From Candidatus Delongbacteria bacterium (lineage in GTDB: Bacteria > UBA4055): 52,251 nucleotides of DNA. The stretch is from contig JAFGVM010000008.1 in NCBI GenBank assembly GCA_016937995.1, forward strand, positions 1-52,251, written 5' to 3'. Below are positions 36,123 to 47,800 of this stretch, piece after piece (position 1 is the first letter of the stretch; every line of letters starts with the position of its first letter). The position numbers and the translations under genes are program-made. Below the pieces are notes generated by a model. It saw only the letters and a list, made by a program, of their open reading frames with translations. It made no database searches and was not told where the DNA came from.

Positions 36123-36177
36123 CTGGGAGGATTTCTGTCTAAGACCCTACCCCGATAGAGCGGGAGGAGTATATTAT

Positions 36178-38106
36178 TTATTTGTCATCGTCAACTACTT
36201 CAAAGTCAGCATTCTCAACATCTTCCTTACTGTCAGCTTTAGAATCACCTTTTGGCTGGTGCTGAGAAGGATCGAAATCAGTCGGGCCACCCTGTCCAGG
36301 TTGTGCACCTGCAGCCTGTTGCATTTTCTGACTAATTTCGTGCCATACCTTATTATGCTCTTCGGTAGCCATTTTGATAGTTTCGATATCATTACCTTTA
36401 AGAAGTTCTTTCAATTTTTCAACACCTGTCTGTAATTTTTCTTTATCAGCGGCATCGATCTTACCTTCAAGGTCTTTCAAAAGTTTTTCAGTCTGGAAAA
36501 CTGACTGATCTGCAGTATTTCTAACATCTGCAATTTCTTTTTTCTTCTTGTCTTCTGCTTCATGAGCTTTTGCATCAGCTTTCATTTTCTCTATCTCGTC
36601 ATCAGTAAGACCGGAAGAGAACTCGATCTTGATATTCTGAGTTTTGCCTGTTGCTTTATCTTTTGCGGAAACACTCAATATACCGTTCGCATCAATATCA
36701 AATGTAACTTCGATCTGAGGAACACCTCTTGGAGCAGGTGCGATACCGTCCAGTTGGAATCTGCCGATAGTCTTATTATCCGGTGCCATTGGTCTTTCAC
36801 CCTGAAGAACATGGATATCAACAGCAGGCTGGTTGTCAGCAGCGGTTGAGAATGTCTCAGTTTTCTTAGTCGGAATAGTAGTGTTTGCATCAATAAGCTT
36901 TGTCATTACACTTCCCAGAGTCTCAATACCAAGTGATAGCGGAGTAACATCCAATAAAAGAACATCATGAACATCACCTGCTAAAATACCTGCCTGTATT
37001 GCAGCTCCCAAAGCAACGACCTCATCAGGATTTACGCTTTTATTAGGTTCTTTGCCGAAGAAATTTTTCACAGCTTCCTGAACTGCAGGAATTCTTGTTG
37101 ATCCACCAACAAGTATAACTTCTTTGATCTCACTCAACTCTATACCTGCATCTTTTAGAGCAATTTTACAAGGTTCAATAGATGCTTGAACCAGGTCACT
37201 TGTAAGGTCATTGAATTTAGCTCTTGTAAGTGATATATCCAAATGCTTTGGACCATCTTGAGTTGCAGTAATGAACGGCAGGTTGATCTGAGTCTGAGTT
37301 CCGGATGAAAGTTCCATTTTAGCTTTTTCAGCAGCTTCTTTAAGTCTCTGAAGAGCCATTGGATCTTTCTTAAGATCAATGCCATCTGATTTTTTAAATT
37401 CATCTGCCAGATAATTTATAAGTCTCTGGTCAAAATCATCACCACCAAGATGAGTATTACCGTTAGTGGATTTTACTTCAAATACTCCGTCCCCGATTTC
37501 AAGGATAGATATATCAAAAGTACCACCACCAAGGTCATAAACAGCTATAATTCCTTCAGTTTTCTTGTCCAGACCATAAGACAAAGCAGCAGCTGTAGGT
37601 TCATTTACGATCCTTTTTACATCCAGACCAGCGATAACTCCTGCATCTTTTGTTGCCTGTCTCTGTGCATCATTAAAGTAAGCAGGTACTGTAATGACAG
37701 CTTCTGTTACTTTTGTTCCAAGATAATCTTCAGCAGCCTGTTTTAGTTTCTGTAAAATAATAGCGGATATCTCAGGTGGAGTAAATTCTTTGTCATCGAT
37801 CTTTACCTGTACGACACCATTTGCATTCTTTGTTACTTCATAAGGTACTTCCTTTATTTCCTGTCCCACCTCGTCAAATTTTCTTCCCATAAATCTTTTT
37901 ATTGAAGAAATAGTTTTATGAGAATTTGTGACGGCCTGTCTTTTCGCAGGTCCACCAACTAATCTTTCACCATTCTTAGAAAAAGCAACAACGGATGGAG
38001 TTGTTCTTCCACCTTCTGCATTAGTTATTACTACCGGTTCATTTCCCTCCATAACTGCGACACAACTATTAGTTGTTCCCAGGTCAATACCAATTATCTT
38101 TCCCAT
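36178..38106 (-). CDS. dnaK: Chaperone DnaK (Hsp70)
   Basis: [46 protein letters not shown]. Confidence 0.99.
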   Translation of the reverse strand: MGKIIGIDLGTTNSCVAVMEGNEPVVITNAEGGRTTPSVVAFSKNGERLVGGPAKRQAVTNSHKTISSIKRFMGRKFDEVGQEIKEVPYEVTKNANGVVQVKIDDKEFTPPEISAIILQKLKQAAEDYLGTKVTEAVITVPAYFNDAQRQATKDAGVIAGLDVKRIVNEPTAAALSYGLDKKTEGIIAVYDLGGGTFDISILEIGDGVFEVKSTNGNTHLGGDDFDQRLINYLADEFKKSDGIDLKKDPMALQRLKEAAEKAKMELSSGTQTQINLPFITATQDGPKHLDISLTRAKFNDLTSDLVQASIEPCKIALKDAGIELSEIKEVILVGGSTRIPAVQEAVKNFFGKEPNKSVNPDEVVALGAAIQAGILAGDVHDVLLLDVTPLSLGIETLGSVMTKLIDANTTIPTKKTETFSTAADNQPAVDIHVLQGERPMAPDNKTIGRFQLDGIAPAPRGVPQIEVTFDIDANGILSVSAKDKATGKTQNIKIEFSSGLTDDEIEKMKADAKAHEAEDKKKKEIADVRNTADQSVFQTEKLLKDLEGKIDAADKEKLQTGVEKLKELLKGNDIETIKMATEEHNKVWHEISQKMQQAAGAQPGQGGPTDFDPSQHQPKGDSKADSKEDVENADFEVVDDDK

Positions 38107-38162
38107 TTTGTGCTCCTTATATTAATTTTATTGTATCACTCTCATCATACGACAAATATCAA

Positions 38163-38178
38163 TACAAATAACGTGCCA
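38163..38178 (-). promoter_or_regulatory. Candidate sigma54 (-24/-12) promoter for dnaK
   Basis: Minus strand TGGCACG-TTAT-TTGTA versus consensus TGGCACG-N4-TTGCW (one mismatch at -12). Confidence 0.55.
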
Positions 38179-38340
38179 AATACCTCAGAGAATCAAAATA
38201 GCTACAAATATGTAATTTACGATCTTAGAATATTCCTAAAATTCATCAAAAAAACAGGTCATGTCATGATTTTGTCAGTAAAGCTATGTGTCATCATAGG
38301 CGAAATTAATTGCATAACAGAAGTAATATGATTAAATTAG

Positions 38341-39219
38341 ATGAACCTGTTAAAAAACCGGAAAATTTATATGGAAAGTTTTCAATCATGGTGGCAAACA
38401 ATACCTTACAGGATCGATCCTACAATTTTTTCAGTGGGAAGTTTTCAGATAAAATATTACGGTCTAATGTATATACTGGCATTTTCTTCAGTTTATCTGA
38501 TCTTAGGTCACAGGATCAAGAAGGAAAAACTCAGCTACACGAAAGATATCGTAGAGAACTATATCTTCATAATAATAATATTTGTACTTATTGGTGGAAG
38601 ATTAGGTTACGTACTATTTTATAACCTGAATTATTTCATTCAAAATCCACTGGAGATATTTCTTCCGTTCAGGTTCAAAGGAGGTTTTAAATTTACCGGT
38701 ATCGCAGGTATGTCATATCACGGGGCTACAATAAGTGCATTTATCGGAACCTATTATTTTACCAAGAAAAATAAATTAAATTTTTTTGAATTTTCAGATT
38801 TTGTAATACCTGCGGTTCCTCTTGGATATACTTTTGGCAGATTGGGAAATTTTATAAACGGGGAATTATACGGCAGGATTACTGATAGCTGGATTGGTAT
38901 GTATTTCCCTATGGCGGGGGATGATACTTTAAGACATCCATCTCAGCTGTATGAAGCTTTTTTTGAAGGTATATTTTTATTTTTTGTTCTTTGGTTTTTG
39001 AGAAAAAAAGAAATTGTAAAAGGTAAATTATTAGCCCTTTATCTCATCTTTTACGGACTGATAAGATTTTTGATCGAGTTTGTTAGAGAACCGGATGAAC
39101 AGCTTGGATTTGTCCTGTTCTCTTTTTCTATGGGCCAGATACTCTGTTTTATCATGGTCATATCCGGAATAGTACAAATTATGATAAATAATCTTGACAA
39201 GAGAAAACAGATTTTTTAA
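38341..39219 (+). CDS. lgt: Prolipoprotein diacylglyceryl transferase (start 38341 or 38371)
   Basis: YYGLMY, GGRLGYVLFY, GMSYHG, GRLGNFINGELYGR, RHPSQLYE, RFLIEFVREPD. Confidence 0.97.
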   Translation: MNLLKNRKIYMESFQSWWQTIPYRIDPTIFSVGSFQIKYYGLMYILAFSSVYLILGHRIKKEKLSYTKDIVENYIFIIIIFVLIGGRLGYVLFYNLNYFIQNPLEIFLPFRFKGGFKFTGIAGMSYHGATISAFIGTYYFTKKNKLNFFEFSDFVIPAVPLGYTFGRLGNFINGELYGRITDSWIGMYFPMAGDDTLRHPSQLYEAFFEGIFLFFVLWFLRKKEIVKGKLLALYLIFYGLIRFLIEFVREPDEQLGFVLFSFSMGQILCFIMVISGIVQIMINNLDKRKQIF

Positions 39220-39258
39220 AATTGTATACCGAAATTAGAAAACTAAGGAGTTATACTG

Positions 39259-41172
39259 ATGAAAAAATATTTTAAATTGATAGGAATCCTGTTAATTCTG
39301 ATCATCAACACCACATTATTTTCTGTTGACCGTACAATGGGTGTACTTAAAAACCTTGATGGTGTTTATGAAGGTTATACCTTATTCAATCCGGCTTCAA
39401 CAGGTAATACTTATCTTATAGACAATTATGGAAGAATAGTCCACCAGTGGGAAAGTTTATATGCTCCTAATCTCAGTATATATTTACTTGAGAATGGAAA
39501 TCTTTTAAGATCTTTTTATACTGCTGATTCAGATTACGGTGTTGAGTTAATTACATGGGATGGGGATGTTATATGGGAATACTACTATCCGGATGCTTTA
39601 GATTATCAGCATCATGATATAGAACCAATGCCTAATGGTAATGTTCTTTTGCTGATAAGGGATATTAGGCTAAGAGCTGATCTTGAAGATGCTGGTAGAG
39701 ATCCATCTTCGATATCTACTCTTAGATTATGGATAGAAAAGATCGTTGAAATAGAACCAACAGGATTAAATACTGGGAATGTTGTATGGGAGTGGCAGAT
39801 ATACGACCATCTGATACAGGATTTTGATCCTGCAAAGGATAATTACGGAGTAGTAGAAGATCATCCGGAGCTAATGGATGTGAATTACACTCCAACAACA
39901 TTAAGGGAATGGCTTCACGCAAATGGTATTGACTACAACAGTGAACTGGATCAGATATCCATAAGTTTGAGAAATATTAATGAATTCTGGATAATTGATC
40001 ACAGTACAACAACAGCAGAAGCAGCCGGTCATACAGGCGGGAACTCAGGAAAAGGAGGAGATATACTCTACCGTTGGGGCAATCCTGAAACATACAGAGC
40101 TCAAACGAATAATGAACAAAAATTCTTTGAACAGCACGATGCCAGATGGATCCAGAGCGGGTATCCGGGCGAGGGGAATATTACTGTTTTCAATAACGGA
40201 ACCATAAGACCTGAGGGACTATATTCTAGCGTTGATGAAATAATTCTACCTGTTGATGAATACGGGAATTACACAGTACCTTCTACCGGGAACTCATTTG
40301 AACCAGTAGATCAAACATGGGTATATACTGACTCTAATCCTGAAGATATGTTCTCTCCGCACATATCCGGAGCTCACAGATTGCAGAATGGAAATACAGT
40401 AATCTGTCAGGGAGATGACGCACATTTTTATGAAGTTAAACCAGATAAGACCATTGTATGGGAATATATAAGCCCCATAGATGTAAACGGAGCTGCAACT
40501 CAGGGAGATGTAGTAAATCCGTTAACTTCATTCAGATGTCATAAACATTCATTGGATTATCCTGCTTTTACCGGGAAAGACCTTACTCCTAAGGGATACT
40601 TAGAAATAAATCCGATCACTTTTGAAAGTACACAGAATTTGCCAATTAAACCCTCAGAGTTGGACGAAGTGGTTATTACATCAAAAATATACGATGATGC
40701 CGGTATTTCCCTGGCGGAACTTCATGTGTATTTTGATTCCGATTCCTTGATCATACCAATGAATGATAGTGGGACAGAATATGATTCATCTGCAGGAGAC
40801 TCGATCTTCACAGCTGTTGTTCCTGCCTTACCGGGTGTAAGTTCGGTAGGTTATTACATAAAAGCAGTAAAAATGGTCGGAGAAACTGTTACTGTGTTCA
40901 ATGATCCTCCTTTTGCTTCACAGGATTATTCTTTCAGTTATGAACTATTGTCAGCTACACCTGTAAACATTTCAATAACAAAAACTTCAAGTACTACATT
41001 GATCGAATGGGACCCGGTAGATGGAATAACAGCTTATACAGTTTACTCTTCAATAGATCCTTATAGCGGATTTCAGCCGGATAATTCAGGAAGTTTTAAT
41101 GGAGAAAGCTGGACAACCGATACTGATGAAACAAAAAAGTTTTATTACGTGAAAGCAGTCAGTTCAAAGTAA
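39259..41172 (+). CDS. Secreted aryl-sulfate sulfotransferase (ASST)-family protein with C-terminal accessory domains
   Basis: Signal peptide; QHHDIEPMPNGN, WLHANGIDY, LYRWGNP, QHDARW, SGAHRLQNGNT. Followed by a MNDSG...AGDSIFTA module and the shared ~70-aa C-terminal domain. Confidence 0.85.
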   Translation: MKKYFKLIGILLILIINTTLFSVDRTMGVLKNLDGVYEGYTLFNPASTGNTYLIDNYGRIVHQWESLYAPNLSIYLLENGNLLRSFYTADSDYGVELITWDGDVIWEYYYPDALDYQHHDIEPMPNGNVLLLIRDIRLRADLEDAGRDPSSISTLRLWIEKIVEIEPTGLNTGNVVWEWQIYDHLIQDFDPAKDNYGVVEDHPELMDVNYTPTTLREWLHANGIDYNSELDQISISLRNINEFWIIDHSTTTAEAAGHTGGNSGKGGDILYRWGNPETYRAQTNNEQKFFEQHDARWIQSGYPGEGNITVFNNGTIRPEGLYSSVDEIILPVDEYGNYTVPSTGNSFEPVDQTWVYTDSNPEDMFSPHISGAHRLQNGNTVICQGDDAHFYEVKPDKTIVWEYISPIDVNGAATQGDVVNPLTSFRCHKHSLDYPAFTGKDLTPKGYLEINPITFESTQNLPIKPSELDEVVITSKIYDDAGISLAELHVYFDSDSLIIPMNDSGTEYDSSAGDSIFTAVVPALPGVSSVGYYIKAVKMVGETVTVFNDPPFASQDYSFSYELLSATPVNISITKTSSTTLIEWDPVDGITAYTVYSSIDPYSGFQPDNSGSFNGESWTTDTDETKKFYYVKAVSSK

Positions 41173-41187
41173 TTTTTTATATATTGT

Positions 41188-41221
41188 AAAAAAGGGCAGA
41201 TAAAGTTATCTGCCCTTTTTT
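41188..41221. terminator. Bidirectional terminator between the ASST gene and glnA
   Basis: AAAAAAGGGCAGATAA-AG-TTATCTGCCCTTTTTT. Confidence 0.88.
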
Positions 41222-41224
41222 AAA

Positions 41225-42712
41225 TTATCCGCAATGTAAATATTTTGCGACGAGTTCCTGAAGCATAACAGTATTACCTTCCATCATCTCACTAAGACCA
41301 AAGTCGTTATAGGATTTCAGATCTTTTATTATTCTGGATATCATACCTTTAGGGAATATTCCATCTTTCTGATATATTTCTCTGTCTTTTTCAAGAATAT
41401 CTGCTGATTCAGAGCATGATAGAGGTAAATGAGCAAGTTCTTCCATTTCGCTTGCGTTAACAGTCACATACAAAGAATTTGCAGCTTCTTCGCCATTTTC
41501 CATTTCAAGACCATGTATCACAGCAACTGTTATTCCTGCAAGTAATTGATGAACATTCGCACTTCCGTCCGGATTCCTGAGCTCTACCGTTTGATTATTA
41601 ACAAAAGTTTTTCCGTCATTTACCTCTAAAGGGTTCGCATCGAGAATGATCTCCTCAGCTCCCTGCCACCCCAAAGGAACTCTGACAAGAACAGATCTGT
41701 TCCTGTCTCCCCAGCAGATTTTAGTCGGAGCTTCCTGGTGAGGAACTAACCTTAGGAAAGATGTTGGTACTGTGTTGGCGAAAGCCGTTAATGACGGTGC
41801 CAGAGCGAGAAGACCTGCAATAAGTTTCTTTGCCACAGGTGTTAAGCCTTTATCTCCAGCTTTTTTCATGGCGTTTTCACCGTCTTTTAAAAGTCTCATA
41901 TGAATATGCAGACCACTTCCTGCCTGTCCTACCATTATCTTTGGTGCAAAACTTACTTCAAGACCGTATTTATATGCTGTCTCTCTAACAGCCCATTTTG
42001 CCAGAGCGAGCTGATCAGCTGCATCCTCTATGGGTACCGGTAAAAATTCTATTTCATGCTGAACCATTTCAAGATCACCGTTGATAATATTACCTACCTC
42101 TGCATGACCGTATTTAATATTTCCACCGATCTCACTGATAACTTTCATTGCTTCGATACGGATAAATCCCCATTTTGCAAAAGGGTGTGATTCATGGTAA
42201 CCTTTTTGTTCAATTATAGGATAAATAGAATCTATTTCAGAGAATAAATAATATTCTAATTCTCCCAAAGCTTCCAATGAGTAGCCGGTTTTCTCTTTAA
42301 GTATCTTATGAGCCTTCTTTACAATATGTCCAGGTGATCCTTCCAGCGGTTTTCCGTCAGCTGTATAAAAAGAACAGAGAATATCGACAGTAGGAATGTC
42401 TGTAAAAGGATTTACAAAAGCGGTCTTGTACCGTGGAACAACGTAAAGATCACTTGAAACCGCATCTATGAAAGTAAACAAGCTTGAACCGTCAACTCTT
42501 TCTCCCACTGTAAGTACTTCTTCAAGATGTGATAATCCGTTGATAACAAAATTCAAAGTTTTTAGTCTTCCATCGCCACCAACATACCTGAAGTTCAACA
42601 TTTTAATCTCATTCTCAATTATAAATCTGATTATATCAGCTTTAGTGAACTCCTGAGGTAACTTATTAAGGTATTTAGCAATTTTGTTAGGGCATAATGT
42701 CAAATCGCTCAT
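41225..42712 (-). CDS. glnA: Glutamine synthetase family protein
   Basis: DGSS, GELEYY, HAEVG, QHEIE, APK...AGSGLHIH, SFLRLVPHQEAP, NRSVLVRVP, ELRNPD. Confidence 0.88.
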   Translation of the reverse strand: MSDLTLCPNKIAKYLNKLPQEFTKADIIRFIIENEIKMLNFRYVGGDGRLKTLNFVINGLSHLEEVLTVGERVDGSSLFTFIDAVSSDLYVVPRYKTAFVNPFTDIPTVDILCSFYTADGKPLEGSPGHIVKKAHKILKEKTGYSLEALGELEYYLFSEIDSIYPIIEQKGYHESHPFAKWGFIRIEAMKVISEIGGNIKYGHAEVGNIINGDLEMVQHEIEFLPVPIEDAADQLALAKWAVRETAYKYGLEVSFAPKIMVGQAGSGLHIHMRLLKDGENAMKKAGDKGLTPVAKKLIAGLLALAPSLTAFANTVPTSFLRLVPHQEAPTKICWGDRNRSVLVRVPLGWQGAEEIILDANPLEVNDGKTFVNNQTVELRNPDGSANVHQLLAGITVAVIHGLEMENGEEAANSLYVTVNASEMEELAHLPLSCSESADILEKDREIYQKDGIFPKGMISRIIKDLKSYNDFGLSEMMEGNTVMLQELVAKYLHCG

Positions 42713-42746
42713 CGGAACTCCTGTGATAATAGTATTATTTTTAGGT

Positions 42747-43181
42747 TTAAAAGATATATCTGAAACTTATCCCGCCAAGAAGATCGAATTCCATCTCGCT
42801 TCCTATATTTAATCCAGGGGCTAACTCACCTGAAAGAGAGAAAGGAATAGATTTGAACTTATAGTACAGTCCGAAAGGAAATTTAAAGCCAAGAATAAAT
42901 TCGTTACCGGAAGCTTTTAATCTTCCTCCGGGACCATAGAAAAAAGTTAAAGGTCTGCTTTCAATTCTTGTACTTGTCTGATTATGGAATAAGTATGCGC
43001 CATGAATATCAAAATTCTCATTTCTAGTACTCCAGCCCAGTTGAAAATCCATTGCAAGAGATTTGCCATGCCATTGTCTGAAGCTGACCCCTGTAGGTTC
43101 ACCTAAAATAATTCCAAGCTCTATGGCGTAACTCATCGATAAACTGATAGTTAATAGAGTTAAAATAATAATTTTTTTCAC
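42747..43181 (-). CDS. Small secreted outer-membrane beta-barrel-like protein
   Basis: GTG start with RBS AGGAGG; signal peptide; LGIILGEPTGVS; amphipathic strands; ends FRYIF. Confidence 0.65.
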   Translation of the reverse strand: MKKIIILTLLTISLSMSYAIELGIILGEPTGVSFRQWHGKSLAMDFQLGWSTRNENFDIHGAYLFHNQTSTRIESRPLTFFYGPGGRLKASGNEFILGFKFPFGLYYKFKSIPFSLSGELAPGLNIGSEMEFDLLGGISFRYIF

Positions 43182-43228
43182 GATATCCTCCTTAAAATAA
43201 TGTAATACAATAAAATTATCACACGTTC

Positions 43229-44533
43229 TTAATTTTTATAGGCATTAATTTCATTAGAAATGTTTTTAATGTCAAGCATTACTTTTTCTAAATCTAATTT
43301 CAGGAATTTACGTTTTTTCAGAATTAACTTACCGTTAATGATCACCGTATCCACATCACTACCCTTTGCACAATAAGTTAAATGCGAGTACGGGTCATAC
43401 ATAGGTGTTAAATGAGGTTTTTTCACATCTATCATTATAAGGTCTGCTTTTTTTCCTACTTCCAAAGATCCGGTCAAATTATTTATACCAAGTACCTTTG
43501 CTCCGTTAATAGTTCCCATTTTCAATACTTCCCTGGCATTCATAACAGTTGAATCGTTGTAAAGCGCTTTATGGATCTTCACCGTTATACTCATCTCTTC
43601 GAACATATCCAGATTGTTATTGCTTGCAGGTCCATCAGTTCCGAGAGAAACAGTTAAACCGCTTTTTATCATTTTTGGTACTTCAGCTATCCCGCTTGCC
43701 AATTTTAAATTACTTTCAGGTGAATTCACTATCCCAACATTTCGTATTTTTAGGATATTTATATCATTATCAGTCAAATGAACACAATGAACAGCAATTG
43801 TTCTATGGTTCAGAAAATCAATACTGTCAAGATATTCAACAGGTGTCATTCCCGTCCGGTCTTTTATCAAATTTACTTCATCCAGTGTTTCAGAAATATG
43901 AATATGAACCGGTAAATTATTTTCATCAGATAATAATTTTATTCTTTGAAGCAGCTCTTTACTGCATGAATATGGAGAATGTGGAACAATAGAAGGTATA
44001 ATCAGATCATCATTTGAGTATTTCTCGATGAACTCAATAAAATATTTTTCGGATGTTTTTTTTACAGATGCCGGAAAATCTATGACAGCCTCTCCAAGAA
44101 CAGCCCTCATTCCAATTTCTTTACAGTTCTCTGCAGTTGTACCGGTAAAGAAGTACATGTCATTGAAAGTTGTAGTTCCAGACAATATCATTTCAGCTAT
44201 TGCAAGCTTTGAAGCTATTCTGACATTTTTCTCTGTCACGAATTTATCCTCGAGTGGCCAGATATAATTATTCAACCAATTCATCAAAGAAAGATCATCT
44301 GCTACACCCCTGAACATGGTCATACCTGAATGAGTATGTGAGTTGATCAAACCGGGCATAATGATATTATTTTCCGCATCAATGATCTCTTCGGCACTAC
44401 AGTTAGGTTTAGTTGCACCTAAGTAAGTTATTATATCATTTTGGATCCCGATAAATCCATTATCGAATAAAGTCATTTTACTATCCATCGTCAGTATGAC
44501 GGCGTTCTTTATCAAAATGTCAAATTTTATCAT
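43229..44533 (-). CDS. Amidohydrolase, MtaD/5-methylthioadenosine-SAH deaminase-like (start likely 44533)
   Basis: MPGLINSHTH, SGTTTFNDMY, PHSPY, HISET, ESNLKLASG, LGTDGPASNN, GSLEVGKKAD. Confidence 0.9.
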   Translation of the reverse strand: MIKFDILIKNAVILTMDSKMTLFDNGFIGIQNDIITYLGATKPNCSAEEIIDAENNIIMPGLINSHTHSGMTMFRGVADDLSLMNWLNNYIWPLEDKFVTEKNVRIASKLAIAEMILSGTTTFNDMYFFTGTTAENCKEIGMRAVLGEAVIDFPASVKKTSEKYFIEFIEKYSNDDLIIPSIVPHSPYSCSKELLQRIKLLSDENNLPVHIHISETLDEVNLIKDRTGMTPVEYLDSIDFLNHRTIAVHCVHLTDNDINILKIRNVGIVNSPESNLKLASGIAEVPKMIKSGLTVSLGTDGPASNNNLDMFEEMSITVKIHKALYNDSTVMNAREVLKMGTINGAKVLGINNLTGSLEVGKKADLIMIDVKKPHLTPMYDPYSHLTYCAKGSDVDTVIINGKLILKKRKFLKLDLEKVMLDIKNISNEINAYKN

Positions 44534-44708
44534 TTTACAGTAACCTTTTTTATTCTTGAGTCCTTTCATTATAATAAGAATACGATACAAAAGCAAAATA
44601 TTATTATCATTTCTGAACACTGTTGGATCACAACAAAATATCGATCAAGTTCGTGTGAAGCTATCATTAATCATACTGTAAGGGATCAAGTGTACTTATT
44701 TTACATTT

Positions 44709-44804
44709 GCCTATTAAACCAAGAACATAACAATCTGTTCACGCTAGTTGTTATGGCGCAACGCCAAATTGAAGTAAAAAACTAATTAATCATGAGGAGG
44801 ATTC
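44709..44804 (+). promoter_or_regulatory. Conserved structured 5' leader, copy 1 (candidate cis-regulatory RNA)
   Basis: GCCTATTAAACCAAGAAC identical to 48489; stem CATAACAA/TTGTTATG; GCG-CAA-CGC; GAAGTAAAAAA; TAATCATGAGGAGGATTC. Confidence 0.6.
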
Positions 44805-47800
44805 ATGAAAAAATTCCTTGTTGCAGTTTTAGTTATTTCAGCCATGCTGTCTGCCGCTTTTGTAGATCAGACCAGAGCTAAAAAAGTAGCTGAAAATTAT
44901 TACAAGAACTACGCACCGGCTTCCGCTAAAGGTAACACAGTGCAAAAAGTAGCTGAAAAGTTATATAATGGTCAGGTAACATGGTATGCAGTATCGTTCG
45001 ATCAGGGATTTGTTATCGTTTCAGCTGATGATGCAGTGAGATCGATACTGGGATATTCGTATGATGGTGAGATCACAGAAGATCTTTACAACATGCAAAA
45101 TCCATTCATTAACAGATTTGACGCATATGACAAGCAGATCGTAGAGGTTAGAGAAACAGGTTATGTGGACAATGATGCACAAACTGAGTGGAAAAATATC
45201 GAAAATAATATTTTTCCAAAAGCATCAAAAGCAATTGTTGTTGATGCTTTGGTAGAATCAAGATGGGGTCAGGGATGGCCGATGAACACATTATGTCCTC
45301 TTGACGGTGGTGTTGAAACAGCTGTTGGTTGTGTTGCAACTGCTATGCATCAGATCATGAGATTCCACAGAGCTCCATTGAATGGTATTAGTTCACATTC
45401 ATATTTCTGGACAGGTTCATCAAGTTCAGGAACTTTGGCGGTAACATTCTCTGATTATAGCTATGATTATGATCTTATGCCATTAACAACTTCAAGTGTA
45501 ACACAGGCAGAGCTGGATGAACTTTCAAAATTATCTTATCACTGTGGTGTTTCTGTTGATATGGATTATGATATTTTTGCGAACGGTGGATCCGGTGCAT
45601 ATTCTACAGATGTTGTTTATGCTTTAGAAACTTATTTTGGTTTCTCAACAGATGCGACATATATATCTGTAAATACGCCAACCGACCCTACAGTTCAGGC
45701 AACAAACATACAGACTGATCTTGACAACAGTCGACCAATATATTGGTCAGGCTCAGGTGTCGATGGTGGTCATGCTTTTATTCTTGACGGCTATACAAAT
45801 GACTACTGGTATCATTTTAACTGGGGTTGGAATGGTTCTTCAGATGGTTGGTTCCAGCTTACTTCATTAAATCCAAATAGTGACTTCACATCAAGTCAGG
45901 CAGCAGTATTCCACATATGGAGTAATGAATCCGAATATGCAGAATGGCCGGCACCTTCAAATTTGGGTGGTTCTATTGCCAACGGAGAAGATGTAACATT
46001 AACATGGACAGCTCCAGCTGGTACAAAGTTAGCTACATTGACAGGTTATAAGATATTTAGAGGTGGTGTTCAAATAGCTACTACTAATGCCTCAACAACT
46101 ACTTATCTTGATGCTGACCTTTCAGCCGGATACTATAATTATTTAGTCAAGGCAACTTATTCAGGTCCGGATGGAGAATCCCATATTTCAAATAACTACT
46201 ATGCAGCAATCGTACCTGATGAAAATTACCCAATTCCTTTGTACGTTGAAGCTACAGTAGCACCTTTTACAAGACAGGATGTAGATCTTGTTTGGACAAA
46301 GCCGTTTACACTTCCAGTATATTTCACAGAAGATTGGGAAACAACATCTTTCGAAACAGACTGGCTGACCAGAAGAACAACCAGTGTTTATGGCGGGAAT
46401 AATGATAATTTCCAAGATGGCACTCCAGCTGATCCAAACTGGTTCCATGAAGATGGCTCAGGTTTAGGTGTAGAGTATATTCATTCAGGATCATGGTCTG
46501 CGGCAATTGGTTATACAGCCCCGGATTTTACATGGTTGTTTTCACCGTTTATTGATATAGGTGCAAACTCAGAATTAAGATATTGGGTATGGTGTACAGG
46601 TAATGCTGGAAGTGGTTGGTTGACCAACTACTACATTAACCTTTATAACGGAGATATGACAGAAAGAAACCCTTCAGGTAACGTATACAATGTTGCTCAA
46701 TACATAGGTATAGATGAAGTTTCCGGACAGCAGTATGAAACTGAAGTTGTAGTTGATCTTTCAGCTTACACAGGTAGTTATCGAATTGCCTTTGTTTATG
46801 ATTACACTGACGGATTTCAAATGGCTATAGATGACATTATGGTTGCTGCTGCTTCAAAGCGTGCTCCTGCTGTAAATCCGAATGCGTCACACGAAGTACC
46901 GGAAAGAATTGCAGTTTCTTCGATTTCACCGGATACTTCAGATTTACCGGCAATGAAAGTAACAAAAGCTGCAAAAGGTGACGAACCTACTTCTTATGAC
47001 ATTTATAGGAATGGTTCGTTCGTAGAGAATGTTGCTGTTACCGGTGCTTCGGAAGTTTATTCTGATATTGGTTTCGTTGACGGTAATAACGAATATTTCG
47101 TTAAAGCTCTATATCCTACCGGAACATCTATTGCTTCCGCAAGATCTACAGCTTTCATGGATGCAAATCCAAAACCAGATTATCTTACCGGAATTTTGAA
47201 TGGTTCCAACGATGTGGATCTAAGCTGGTACAAACCTTATTCAAATCCACCGATGTGGTACACATATGCACCAGAATTTGACAGTGCATGGGATTTTATT
47301 GATGGATATGAGACACGTTTGAACAGAACAAGATTCCTAAGTGACCTTGGTTATTTCTATCCTTGTACTGTAGACTCTATAGCAGCAGCATTCTATGAAT
47401 ATACAGATGATCCTTGGCTAAGTGACCAATTCACATTCAAAGTTTACACAACTGATGGTGCCGGAGCGGATTCACTTATCTGGGGTCCAAGTCCTGCTCA
47501 AACAGCTACAAGTGGTTTTTTTAACACATTGGTAGTACCTTCATTATATATGGTCAAAGGATGGTGGGTTGAAATCGATCCTGCTGATAATACAAAAGGA
47601 CATCCTGCTATCATGGTAGACATTCATGATGAAGCAGGTGCAAGTACCAGTTCTTCGACTTACTTAAATGACGGAGCAACAGTTGATGGTTGGTATTCGA
47701 TCAGCTTTGGTGATGAAGGGTATCCTGGAGACTGGATGATCATGAGTTACATTACTTCAGCAACAGCACCTGACGTAACTAAGAGTGGATGGGTCGGTAT

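Noticed and set aside
36123-36175. GC-rich segment after the dnaK stop (CTCCCG...CGGG GTAGGG) as an ncRNA or REP
   Set aside because: Single copy, weak pairing and no family recognised; insufficient support.
38107-38340. CIRCE element or the 73-aa/104-aa ORFs upstream of dnaK
   Set aside because: No TTAGCACTC-N9-GAGTGCTAA is present. The ORFs have no RBS or recognisable content and overlap the promoter region or lgt.
41225-42712. GlnA as the target of the DUF294 nucleotidyltransferase
   Set aside because: The genes are 36 kb apart, and the canonical adenylylation-site context is not clearly recognisable. Nothing in the sequence links them.
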